From: an uncultured Verrucomicrobiae bacterium
GTDB taxonomy: Bacteria; Verrucomicrobiota; Verrucomicrobiia; Chthoniobacterales; UBA10450
Assembly (NCBI GenBank): GCA_963815455.1
Contig: CAWFGO010000001.1
Span: forward strand, 1,408,001 to 1,472,000
Direction of reading: 5' to 3'
DNA: 64,000 nucleotides
The notes beneath the pieces are model-generated. The model was not told the DNA's origin and did not search any database. It saw only the letters and a program-made list of their open reading frames with translations. Numbering within the stretch: position 1 is the stretch's first letter; each line of letters opens with the position of its first letter. The position numbers and the translations under genes were made by a program. Shown piece after piece: positions 1-8,933 of the stretch.

Positions 1-934
1 CGTTTAAGTTTTTCGCTTCCGACTCCGAATAACCGCGCCGGCGCAGAAAAGTGCCGTTCGCTTCCAGCAGATCACCTGTCTGGTTCAGGACGTAAATGGA
101 ATCGCCCGATGTTTCCAGCAGGGTCTTGTAGCGAAGCGCTCGTTCGGCAAGGGCTTCTTCGACGCATTTTTGTTCAGTAATGTCGCGCGCGATAGTAGAT
201 GCGCCGGCAATCTCTCCTTTGCTGTTCCTGGTCGGTGACACCGTTAGAGAGACGGAAATCTGCCTGCCGTCTTTGCGAAGGCGCGTGGTCTCGAAATGTT
301 TAACGGGTTCGCCACGTTTGATCGACTCCAGGATCCTGTCGATTTCAGCGGCCTGTTCCGGTCGAGTCAGAATCGTGATCGGGCGGCCAATCGCCTCGGA
401 GGCCGAGTAACCGTAAATCCTCTCTGCGGCCGCATTCCAGGAGACGATCACTCCATTCAGTGTCTTGCTGATAATGGCGTCATCGGAGGAATTGACGATC
501 GCCGCCAACTCCGCATCTGCTCGCTCTGCTTTAAGACGCTCGGTGATATCAATACTCGCGCCGCCCACCATTTCGACAGCGCCAGTTGAGTCGAAGATTG
601 GAAATTTGGTCACCAGTGAATGGCGAGCTTCACCATTCCGAAAATATGGCTCAACCATTTGCAGCGGTTTGCGGGTGGCGATGACAGTTTCGTCGTTACT
701 GCGAAAGGTGGCGGCAATTTCCGCCGGCCAGAGATCGGCGTCTGTCTTACCCAGCCAGCCCGCCCGATACGGCTCCAATTGCGCGAGCAGGTGGTTGGTA
801 AAGACATAGCGTCCCTCCAAGTCCTTCATCCATGCGTATCCCGACAAATGGTTCATGAAAGTCGCGAACCGCTGTTCGCTCTGCCGTAGCGTTTCTTCCA
901 ATGAAGGCACGTTCGATTTACCGGGCAATGTCAT
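1..934 (-). CDS. Multi-PAS domain sensor protein (likely histidine kinase N-terminus), truncated at window edge
   Basis: Manual minus-strand translation from ATG 934: MTLPGKSNVPSLEETLRQSEQRFATFMNHLSGYAWMKDLEGRYVF...LAAIVNSSDDAIISKTLNGVIVSWNAAAERIYGYSASEAIGRPI...RLRKDGRQISVSLTVSP...IARDITEQK; classic PAS/PAC repeats; probable 1-nt indel near 46-50. Confidence 0.85.
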   Translation of the reverse strand, partial: MTLPGKSNVPSLEETLRQSEQRFATFMNHLSGYAWMKDLEGRYVFTNHLLAQLEPYRAGWLGKTDADLWPAEIAATFRSNDETVIATRKPLQMVEPYFRNGEARHSLVTKFPIFDSTGAVEMVGGASIDITERLKAERADAELAAIVNSSDDAIISKTLNGVIVSWNAAAERIYGYSASEAIGRPITILTRPEQAAEIDRILESIKRGEPVKHFETTRLRKDGRQISVSLTVSPTRNSKGEIAGASTIARDITEQKCVEEALAERALRYKTLLETSGDSIYVLNQTGDLLEANGTFLRRRGYSESEAKNLN

Positions 935-1349
935 CGCTGAGTGCGTCACTATCGTCTACGGCTTTTCTCAGCCGAAGTTCTCGAAAAACTTTAGGAATTT
1001 TGTTTGCCAAAAAATCAAGAAGGTTTGTCTCGTCGCGTCTGTTCCGGATCGGAGATGTCCATCTTGCGCAGCCGTCGCCAGTCCAGCCGGCGAAAGGAAG
1101 CAGTGCTGCGTCGCAGGTATAGAACTTCCCCAGCCGTCGCCCTTTTCGGCCCGGCGCCCCACCGCAGTTAGCTCCGTGGGACATATCTCCAGGTCCTGGA
1201 ACCGAAACCTAACCAGCCCGAGGCCCTTCCCGCAAGACAGTTTTTTTCGTCTCATCCCGTATTTCGTCATGATTGGATCAAAGCTCCGTACTTTGCGCAG
1301 CGACCATCGGTCCGTTCCTGGCTGGTTTGTTCAGTCCGCCGGATTTTGC

Positions 1350-1625
1350 ATGAACAAACAGGGTATCGACGATCTTCTCTCCGCCATCATCAGCAGCGGA
1401 GACGGCATCTCCGACCTGCTTTTTACACCGGGCAAGCCGCCGTTAGTCGAGTCATACGGCAGTTTGAACGAATTCTCGATCGAAACACCAACCGATCTGG
1501 CCCGAACCGACGCTCCCAAACTAATCCTGCTCGACCTCTTTTCTCCGGGAGGCGAAATTCGAGTGTCTCGTCGCATTTATTTATTTTATTCTCATTACAG
1601 GAGTGGCCGCACGGTCGGTAGGTGA
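1350..1625 (+). pseudogene. PilT/PilU-like N-terminal fragment joined to receiver-like remnant
   Basis: MNKQGIDDLLSAIISSGDGISDLLFTPGKPPLVESYGSL resembles the PilT N-terminus (SDL..G.PP), followed by ARTDAPKLILLDL (REC-like), then stop; no Walker motifs. Confidence 0.5.
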
Positions 1626-1850
1626 AAATGATCCAGTTGGCGCTTTTACGGTGATTTGACTCGTCGTTCCTGTTGCTCGCGCTCCTAACGATTCGCGGAT
1701 GTCGCAACAACTAAAACCGGAGTGCCTGCCATCGGATTAGTCCTGCTCATTATGGTACAGCGTAGTGCATGCAGTAGACGGCTATCTGTGAGGGCAATTC
1801 TCAGATGGACGAGTGTAACGAGATACCTGAACTGCGACTCATGCTCGCGC

Positions 1851-2624
1851 CTATGCGGCGGGTTCCCCAACGCGAAGACTCATGCCCATGACCCGAAAGA
1901 TTCGGTCGCGTTTCTCCAGGTAAGCCGGCGAATCAAGATCCCGCGGCCGCGGAAGATCGACATCGACAATTTCCTGGATGGTCGCCGGCCGATTGCTCAT
2001 GACCAGAACGCGGTCCGCGAGCTGGATCGCTTCTTCAATGTCGTGGGTAACGAACAGGATTGTCTTCTTTTCGCTTTGCCAAATCCGCACCAGGTCGTTG
2101 CGCATTTTTAATCGGGTCATGAAATCGAGCGCGCCGAACGGTTCGTCCATGTAAATGATGTCCGGATTTGCGGCGAGAGCGCGGGCGATCTCGACCCGTT
2201 GACGCATGCCGCCGGATAGCTCTCTCGGATAAGCGTTCTCGAAACCGCGCAAGCCCACCATGTCGATGTAATGGGCTATGACGCGGTCGCGGTCGATTCG
2301 AGCGCGGTTGCGCAAACCGAATCCGACATTTTCATGCACGTTCAACCAAGGGAAAACGCCGTTCTCCTGGAAAACAAAAATCCGGCGCGGATCGGGACCG
2401 CGGACCGGCTCGCCTTCAACCGCCAGGTCGCCGGAGTTCGCCTTAAGAAATCCGGCCACAATATTGAGCAGCGTGGATTTGCCGCAACCGCTCGGCCCGA
2501 CGATGCAAACAAATTCCCCGTGGGCGACTTCAGCGCTCACGTTTTCAAGCACATCGATCTGTTCGCCAGGTTGTTTCCCCGGGAAACCAATAGAGACGTT
2601 CCGAATCGAGACCGCGGTTTTCAT
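1851..2624 (-). CDS. NitT/TauT family ABC transporter ATP-binding protein
   Basis: [35 protein letters not shown]; start at MKTAVS. Confidence 0.93.
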   Translation of the reverse strand: MKTAVSIRNVSIGFPGKQPGEQIDVLENVSAEVAHGEFVCIVGPSGCGKSTLLNIVAGFLKANSGDLAVEGEPVRGPDPRRIFVFQENGVFPWLNVHENVGFGLRNRARIDRDRVIAHYIDMVGLRGFENAYPRELSGGMRQRVEIARALAANPDIIYMDEPFGALDFMTRLKMRNDLVRIWQSEKKTILFVTHDIEEAIQLADRVLVMSNRPATIQEIVDVDLPRPRDLDSPAYLEKRDRIFRVMGMSLRVGEPAA

Positions 2625-2630
2625 GAGGGA

Positions 2631-2789
2631 AATGACGAATAACGAATGACCCGCCCTCGCCAGGCTTCGGCGTGGCAGGCGAATGACGAAGAAACAACGA
2701 AGCACGAATTCATTTAAGAGTAGCTGCCAGTTTCGTTATTCGATTATTTGGATTTGTTTTGGCATTCGACATTCGGATTTCGTCGTTGC
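2631..2789. repeat. Degenerate ~7-nt tandem repeats (AATGACG-like) in inverted arrangement, interrupted by a 30-nt hairpin element at 2651-2680
   Basis: AATGACGAATAACGAATGAC[30 nt]GAATGACGAA ... TTCGTTATTCGATTATTTGGATTTG...ATTCGACATTCGGATTTCGTCGTT. Confidence 0.6.
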
Positions 2790-2798
2790 GAAGCGTTT

Positions 2799-3767
2799 TT
2801 AGCGCTTCGCGTAGCCCCAGCGCACTTCGTCGAATTTTTCCAATTGCCGGACAAGCAGATCGAGACCCAAACCGATAAAACCGATCATCACCATTCCTGC
2901 CACGACCAGGTCGTAACGCTTGCCGGCGTTGCGGGCATCGATAATCAGGTAACCGAGACCGCTATTGACCGCGATCATTTCCGCGGCAACCACGACCAGC
3001 CAGGCAACACCGAGGGCAATACGGATTCCGGTGATGATCTGGGGCAGACTCGCGCGAAAAATCACCTGACGAAAAAGTTCGGCGCCGCTCAGGCCAAAGT
3101 TTTGCGCCGCGCGCAAGTAGACCGGTTGCATGTTTTGCACTGCGGCAATGGCCGAGACCGTGATTGGAAAAACACTGGCGAGAAAGATCAGAAAAATCGG
3201 CGCGGCATCGTTCACGCCGAACCAGAGGATCGCGACTGGAATCCAGGCAATCGGTGAGATCGGGCGAAGAATTTGCAAGATCGGATTGAACGCCTGGAAC
3301 GCCCGGCTGTACCAACCAAGAACGAGTCCCGCCGGCACGCCGACCAGGACGGCGAGCGCGAATCCCCACGTCACGCGAAAGAGCGAGGCGACGATATATT
3401 TAACAAGCAAACCTTTTTGAAACAGCTCGACGATCCCGCGAAGGACTTCGCCCGGCGTTGGAAAGAGGACGCTGCCCGAAAGCCGCACCGCGATTCCCCA
3501 CAGCGTAAAAAACAGCGCCAGCATTCCGATCGGGCGAATGATCCGCCAGAATCGCGAATCGGGATTTTGAAGCGACGATGTCGATCGTCTCGCATCCTTC
3601 CGGGGAGGACAGGCCGCTGGCCTGTTCTTTTCGGCAGCCTGCCGGAAAGCCTGGGGGGCCGTGCCTACGTCTACCTCTGTGGAAAGGTCCTTCGATGCGT
3701 CCGGCAAACTGCCGGACGCCGCAGGCTGGCAGTCTGCGCTCCCCAGAGTGTCCGATTCCGCGCTCAT
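2799..3767 (-). CDS. NitT/TauT family ABC transporter permease with repeat-derived N-terminal extension
   Basis: LRPISPIAWIP, EAA-like YLRAAQNFGLS, VVAAEMIAVNSGLGYLI; ATG overlaps the upstream gene's TGA. Confidence 0.92.
   Translation of the reverse strand: MSAESDTLGSADCQPAASGSLPDASKDLSTEVDVGTAPQAFRQAAEKNRPAACPPRKDARRSTSSLQNPDSRFWRIIRPIGMLALFFTLWGIAVRLSGSVLFPTPGEVLRGIVELFQKGLLVKYIVASLFRVTWGFALAVLVGVPAGLVLGWYSRAFQAFNPILQILRPISPIAWIPVAILWFGVNDAAPIFLIFLASVFPITVSAIAAVQNMQPVYLRAAQNFGLSGAELFRQVIFRASLPQIITGIRIALGVAWLVVVAAEMIAVNSGLGYLIIDARNAGKRYDLVVAGMVMIGFIGLGLDLLVRQLEKFDEVRWGYAKR
3602..3744. repeat. GGAG-type REP doublet (four hairpins) inside permease CDS
   Basis: GGGGAGGACAGGCCGCTGGCCTGT...GCAGGCTGGCAGTCTGCGCTCCCC; ends nearly identical to intergenic copy at 17578-17711. 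Confidence 0.85.
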
Positions 3768-4801
3768 TTTTTTGGCTCCCAGTCGTAAGGCTGCACCGCG
3801 CTGTCGTCGGTTACAAACGAGGTGTCTGCGTAATCGTCGAAATGCGCGGTGCCGCTTAAAATGCCGGCGGCGCGTCCGAGTTTTTCAATTTCCTCGAAGT
3901 CCGGTTTACGCAGTATGAGGTTGGTGTACTTCACTCGATCAGGCGGTTTACTCAGCACGAAGGCCAGCAGTCGCGGATCCTGATTGTAATAATGATTGGC
4001 CACGAACTGCGCTGCTTCCATCCGGTGTTCCATGGTTTTGTCGATCCATTTGCCACTCTTGGCGATGCCGTCGACCAGGCGTTGCACTTCGTCGCGATGA
4101 TTCCTGATCATGTCCTCATGCACGGCGAGCACACACGAAATGAAATTTGGCCACACATCTTTCGTTAGCCAAAGCACGCGTCCGTAACCGTCCAATTCCG
4201 TCTGGGCCATGAACGGCTCGCCGCTCGAAATCGCGTCCACGGCCCTGGCGTAAAGCGCCGCCGGCATGTCGGGTGGCGGCATCTCAACAAGATCGACATC
4301 GCCCGGCGACATGCCTGCTTGCTCGAGCGCACGAAAAATCAGGAGGCGTTGATTGGAGAACCGGTTTGGCACCGCGATGCGTTTGCCCCGCAAATCCTGC
4401 ATCCGATAAATCTGCGAATCTTTGTGCACGACGACAGCGGAACCGTCGCGATGCCCGAGATAGACGATTTTGATCGGCACGCCTTGTTCGCGAAGCGCGA
4501 TCGCCATCGGAGCAAGAATGAACGTCGCCGGCGTATAGCCTGAGAGGTAGGCCTCTTTCAGTTCCGGCCAGCCATTGAACCGGACTGGATCGAAAAGGCT
4601 CTCACCAACGATCTGCTTGTTGATGAAATCGGTAACCGGGCAAGTGAGATGACACGTTACCGGAAGAAATCCGATTCGGATTTTATTGGAGGCAGTCGCG
4701 CGTTTCGGATCGAACAAATGCAGATTGAGCCAGGCATGAACGAGGGTGATTAGCGCCAGCCAGCCGATGGCGATGAGGATGAGAGTTTTGCGGAACGACA
4801 T
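3764..4801 (-). CDS. NitT/TauT (CmpA/NrtA-like) ABC transporter substrate-binding protein
   Basis: N-terminal TM/signal, IGFLPVTCHLT, DLRGKRIAVP, EMPPPDMPAAL, GEPF; start MSFRKT. Confidence 0.9.
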   Translation of the reverse strand: MSFRKTLILIAIGWLALITLVHAWLNLHLFDPKRATASNKIRIGFLPVTCHLTCPVTDFINKQIVGESLFDPVRFNGWPELKEAYLSGYTPATFILAPMAIALREQGVPIKIVYLGHRDGSAVVVHKDSQIYRMQDLRGKRIAVPNRFSNQRLLIFRALEQAGMSPGDVDLVEMPPPDMPAALYARAVDAISSGEPFMAQTELDGYGRVLWLTKDVWPNFISCVLAVHEDMIRNHRDEVQRLVDGIAKSGKWIDKTMEHRMEAAQFVANHYYNQDPRLLAFVLSKPPDRVKYTNLILRKPDFEEIEKLGRAAGILSGTAHFDDYADTSFVTDDSAVQPYDWEPKK

Positions 4802-4819
4802 GGAAACTGGGTGAGCAGT

Positions 4820-4843
4820 GTAGCCGCTTCGCCATCCGAAGCG
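4820..4843 (+). repeat. GTAG-REP hairpin
   Basis: GTAGCCGCTTCGCCATCCGAAGCG, similar to the REP at 11678. Confidence 0.55.
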
Positions 4844-4928
4844 AGACGGAGATGCAGCGCGGGGACGGCTGGCGCGTTTTCCCAAGGCGAGGAAACGCAT
4901 CCAAGGAAATCAACTGGCGACTTATTTC

Positions 4929-5920
4929 TTATCCGGGTGCCGCAGATAAAGCGCATCGGCCGCCGATGTCGATGATAGCGAAATTAAAGCCGAGATACTC
5001 TGCGCCAAGGAAACCCGCATTCGATTCCGACGCGATTTTCGAGCGCAGACAGATCTTCCGGGTAGATTGACTACCGCCACTTCCGCGTTTGTGAGCGTAA
5101 AGCCGCCGATGCTTTAGTTCTTTCACATTGGCGCCGGTTCATCATTTGTGAACCTCCTCCAGAGCCAGTCGTCGGAAAAATGCGGGAGTGGGTCAAAGCG
5201 CAATGTCCGCCTTGAGCGGCGACTTGTTTATCAATAGAGCGTGGTGGACGAGCCGGTATCGAGAAGAAATCTCGTTGCATGCCCATTGAGAGAGCCTTCG
5301 ACATCAAAATGAGCCGTCGAGTTCAACCGAATGGGCACCCGGGTGAATCCTTTGCCCGCGAGAAAACTCGCCAGCTTTTGGCTGATACTACTGCTCGGGC
5401 CGTTCGGATTAACGTAGAGCATGTGCCGGGTGCAATCGATGATCATCCCAAATTTGTCCATCTCATGTAAACCAAGAAGCCCATTGCATGTGTTGGCAGG
5501 CGGCGATGTTGACTGGTAGTGTCCGGTTGATCCCGTATGCGTGCTCGACAGGAGGGCCGACTGGGCACATTCGTCAAGACACAGTTGCCCATGGCAATGC
5601 TCTTGACCTTGCTTTTGTCGTACCGCTCCCAGCGCGGCTAAATGCCCCGGCTACGGCGACTTCGTTTGCTCAACTTGAGCCCGAACGTGTCCTCATGCTG
5701 TTCTTGTCGATGAGCGTGAATCGGTGCGCCGGTGTCGATCATCAGCGCGGCCTTTTGATTGTTAATGGCAACCGGCGCGAACAAATGGTTGCCGAAAGCG
5801 CAGTTCGAGCTTGGCGCCGGCGAGTCCCTGGCCTGCCAGGAAACTGGTGAGCGTCTGCGACTGGGTTGAGAGCGGAGCGAGGGTCGCGATTAAAAGCGTC
5901 CAGACGAATAATCTTTTCAT
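4929..5920 (-). CDS. Secreted two-domain retropepsin-like aspartyl protease (multiple frameshifts)
   Basis: Signal peptide MKRLFVWTLLIATLAPLS; AALMIDTGAP and RFLLDTGSSTT motifs; GFLGAEYL..FAIID C-terminal motif, spread over several frames. Confidence 0.75.
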
Positions 5921-5958
5921 GCCAGCAGGCTATCAAATACCCGATAACCAGTGCAAGC

Positions 5959-8190
5959 CTAGAGCAACTGATAAGGATCGACATCGACAGCGACTGCCAC
6001 GTCCTCTGGGAACGGCAATTTATCGAGCGTTTCGCGAATGAGCCGGCTCAGACGCATGATCGCTTCGCCGCGGATCAAAATGTGAAAACGAAATTGTCCC
6101 TGCAACTTTTCCAGCGGCGCGGGGGTCGGCTCGCCCAGGATGAATTCGTCCGGGAGCGTTTCTTTCAATCTGCGCTTTAATGTTTCGGCCGAAAATTTCG
6201 AGCGCGCTTCGTGGGCCGAGCGCACCGTGATCAGGATCGCGTGCTTGAACGGGGGAAAATCGCAACGTTCGCGAAATTCGAGCTCCTGCTGAAAGTAGCC
6301 GGCGAAATCGTGGTGCCGGGCAAACTGGATCGACGGCGAAAACGGCGTGTAGGTCTGGACAAATACTTCGCCCGGCGTGTCGCCGCGCCCGGCCCGGCCG
6401 GCCACTTGGGTGAGAAGCTGGAACGTTCTTTCACCGGCGCGAAAATCCGGCATATGCAGGGCGAGATCGGCATTGATGATGCCGACGAGCGTGACGTTCG
6501 GAAAATGCAGGCCTTTGGCGATCATCTGCGTGCCGACGAGAATGTCGATCTTGCCGCTTCGAAAACTTCGCAACGTCTCCCGATACGATTCCTTGCGCGT
6601 CATCGAGTCCGCATCCATGCGACGCACCACGGCCTTGGGGAAAATCTGGGAGACCGTGGCCTCAACTTTCTCCGTGCCGAAGCCGGCGTAGATCAGCGCG
6701 TCCTTGCCGCAAGCCGGACATTTTTTCGGCACCGCCGCGGTGTGTCCGCACAAATGACAGCTCAACCGGGCAAAATGGCGGTGGAATGTGAGCGCGACAC
6801 TGCAGTTCGGACAGTTGCGCGCTTCCCCGCAGTCGCTGCACAGCAGCGACGTGGAAAATCCGCGCCGATTCAAGAACAGAATCGTCTGCTCGCGTTTTTC
6901 CAAACGATCGGCCATGGCCGCGCGCAATTTGTCGGACAAAATGGCGATCGACTTTTGTTTGCGTCGTTCCTGGCGAAGATCGACAACGCGCATCAGCGGC
7001 ATTTGTTTGTCGTCGATTCGTTGGGTGAGCGTGGCCAGCCGATACTTGCCGGTGGTCGCGTTGTGATAACTCTCGAGCGACGGCGTAGCGCTTCCCAGAA
7101 CCACGACGCACTTCTCGATCTTCGCCCGAACCACCGCCACGTCCCGGGCGTGATAACGCGGCGCTTCCTCCTGTTTGTAGGTATTCTCATGCTCTTCATC
7201 GACCACGATGAGCCCGAGATTTTGTAGCGGCGCGAACACGGCGCTGCGCGGGCCAATGGCGATCCGGGCTCGGCCGGAATGAATCTTGTGCCATTCATCG
7301 TGGCGCTCGCCTTCGGACAAATGGCTGTGCAACACCGCAACGGCGTCCTGCGCATCGGCGAAGCGGCCCTTGAATCGCTCAACAGTTTGCGGCGTAAGCG
7401 AAATTTCCGGAACTAAAACAATCGCGGTGCGTCCCCGTTCCAACGTTGCCCGGATCGCTTGCAGATAGATTTCCGTTTTGCCGGAGCCGGTGACGCCATG
7501 AAGCAAAATCGGGTGGGCATTCTCGGGCGAATCGAGCGCTTCCCGAATTTCCTTCAGCGCGAGCGCCTGCTCTTCGTTCAAAACGAGGTTCGAGGTCTGC
7601 ATGAATTGCTCGTCGCCATGCGGATCGCGCACCACGGCTTCCTCGCGCAATTCGGCCAGACCACGTTTCACGAGTGCGCGCAGGGTTTGATTATCGAGCG
7701 ACGTCTTTCGCAGAAGCTCAGCCGCGGGAACAGGCGCCTCCAGTTGGGCGATGGCTTCCAAGAGTTCGGCCTGCCGCGGCGCGCGCTTCCGCAATTTCTC
7801 CAACTCTTCTTTGTCGATCTTGCGTCCGGGCTGAACAAACAATCGTTTCTTCCAGCCGACTTCCGCGCGCCGAATTACCTGGGGCAACAGACTGCGCATG
7901 ACCGTTTCGACCGGACAGCAATAATAAGAGCCGATCCATTTCGCCAGCTCGAGCAACGGCTCGCTCAAAATCGGGGCTTCGCCCACAACCGCTTCGATCG
8001 GTCGAATTCCTGCCGCTTCGCTTCGGTCGAGCGTGGCCACCACCGTCGCAAGCCCCGATTTATCGCGAAAGGGAACACGCACCCGCGAACCAACGCTGAC
8101 CCGCTCCGCCAGAATTTCCGGCACGGAATAATCCAGCTCGCGATGGATTGCGCGATCCATAATTACCCGGACGTAGCTTGGCTTGATCAT
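5959..8190 (-). CDS. priA: Primosomal protein N' helicase
   Basis: LHGVTGSGKTEIY, VVDEEHE, LGSATPSLES, two Cys4 clusters, GTQMIAKGLHFP, QVAGRAGR. Confidence 0.97.
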   Translation of the reverse strand: MIKPSYVRVIMDRAIHRELDYSVPEILAERVSVGSRVRVPFRDKSGLATVVATLDRSEAAGIRPIEAVVGEAPILSEPLLELAKWIGSYYCCPVETVMRSLLPQVIRRAEVGWKKRLFVQPGRKIDKEELEKLRKRAPRQAELLEAIAQLEAPVPAAELLRKTSLDNQTLRALVKRGLAELREEAVVRDPHGDEQFMQTSNLVLNEEQALALKEIREALDSPENAHPILLHGVTGSGKTEIYLQAIRATLERGRTAIVLVPEISLTPQTVERFKGRFADAQDAVAVLHSHLSEGERHDEWHKIHSGRARIAIGPRSAVFAPLQNLGLIVVDEEHENTYKQEEAPRYHARDVAVVRAKIEKCVVVLGSATPSLESYHNATTGKYRLATLTQRIDDKQMPLMRVVDLRQERRKQKSIAILSDKLRAAMADRLEKREQTILFLNRRGFSTSLLCSDCGEARNCPNCSVALTFHRHFARLSCHLCGHTAAVPKKCPACGKDALIYAGFGTEKVEATVSQIFPKAVVRRMDADSMTRKESYRETLRSFRSGKIDILVGTQMIAKGLHFPNVTLVGIINADLALHMPDFRAGERTFQLLTQVAGRAGRGDTPGEVFVQTYTPFSPSIQFARHHDFAGYFQQELEFRERCDFPPFKHAILITVRSAHEARSKFSAETLKRRLKETLPDEFILGEPTPAPLEKLQGQFRFHILIRGEAIMRLSRLIRETLDKLPFPEDVAVAVDVDPYQLL

Positions 8191-8201
8191 GCAATTCTGC
8201 C

Positions 8202-8274
8202 CGTAATCGTGCTCGTGCACCTGCTCAAGATCGACTATTAGTCAATCGAGCACGAGCATGATCCGGAGCACGAA
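8202..8274. repeat. Inverted GAGCAC/GTGCTC hexamer-type repeat between divergent priA and slt
   Basis: ATCGTGCTCGTGCACCTGCTC...TCGAGCACGAGCATGATCCGGAGCACGA. Confidence 0.5.
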
Positions 8275-8276
8275 TA

Positions 8277-8882
8277 ATGATTAGGTTTTTGTTCAAGTTG
8301 ATCCTGTGCGGGCTGCTCGCGCTTGGAGCGGGCTTTGCCTATATCGCGATTCAATCGGGCGATCCGGTTTACTCGGTCTTCGAATGGGTCAGCCCGGCCC
8401 GGTTTCGCCAATACGACAACCTGATCCGATCAATCGCGGCCGAAAATCAGCTCGATCCCATGCTGATAAAATCCGTCGTCTGGCGGGAGAGCCGATTCGA
8501 TCCGCAAAAATTCGGCAGCGCCGGCGAGCGTGGCCTGATGCAGGTCAGCGATAAGGCGGCCGACGAATGGGCCCGCGAAAATAAGATCGACAACTTCCGC
8601 GTGGAAGATCTGTTCGATGCGAAAACGAATCTCAGTGCCGGTGCGTGGTATTTGCGGCGCGCCTTCGATCACTGGCAGTATCAATCCGATCCGCTCCCAT
8701 TTGCCCTGGCCGAATACAATGCCGGAGCGAGTCGGGCTCAGCGCTGGGCCGGCGGCAGCGGAACCACGACGCCAATGCCGGCCCGAGATTTTGTCCGCAA
8801 CATCGATTTTCCCGGAACCCGCAAATACGTCGATTCGGTGATCGAGCGTTACCAATTTTACAAGCGGCGCGGGAGAATGTGA
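8277..8882 (+). CDS. Lytic transglycosylase (SLT domain)
   Basis: VWRESRFDP, GERGLMQV, ALAEYNAG, TRKYV. Confidence 0.93.
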   Translation: MIRFLFKLILCGLLALGAGFAYIAIQSGDPVYSVFEWVSPARFRQYDNLIRSIAAENQLDPMLIKSVVWRESRFDPQKFGSAGERGLMQVSDKAADEWARENKIDNFRVEDLFDAKTNLSAGAWYLRRAFDHWQYQSDPLPFALAEYNAGASRAQRWAGGSGTTTPMPARDFVRNIDFPGTRKYVDSVIERYQFYKRRGRM

Positions 8883-8883
8883 A

Positions 8884-8932
8884 GTAGCACAGGCTTCCAG
8901 CTTGTGGGGCGGGCAGGCGTCTCGCCTGCCGA
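8884..8932 (+). repeat. Solo GTAG-REP, same family as ends of the RAYT insert in carB
   Basis: GTAGCACAGGCTTCCAGCTTGTGGGGCGGGCAGGCGTCTCGCCTGCCGA; 43/49 identical to 62603-62651. Confidence 0.9.
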
Positions 8933-8933
8933 A

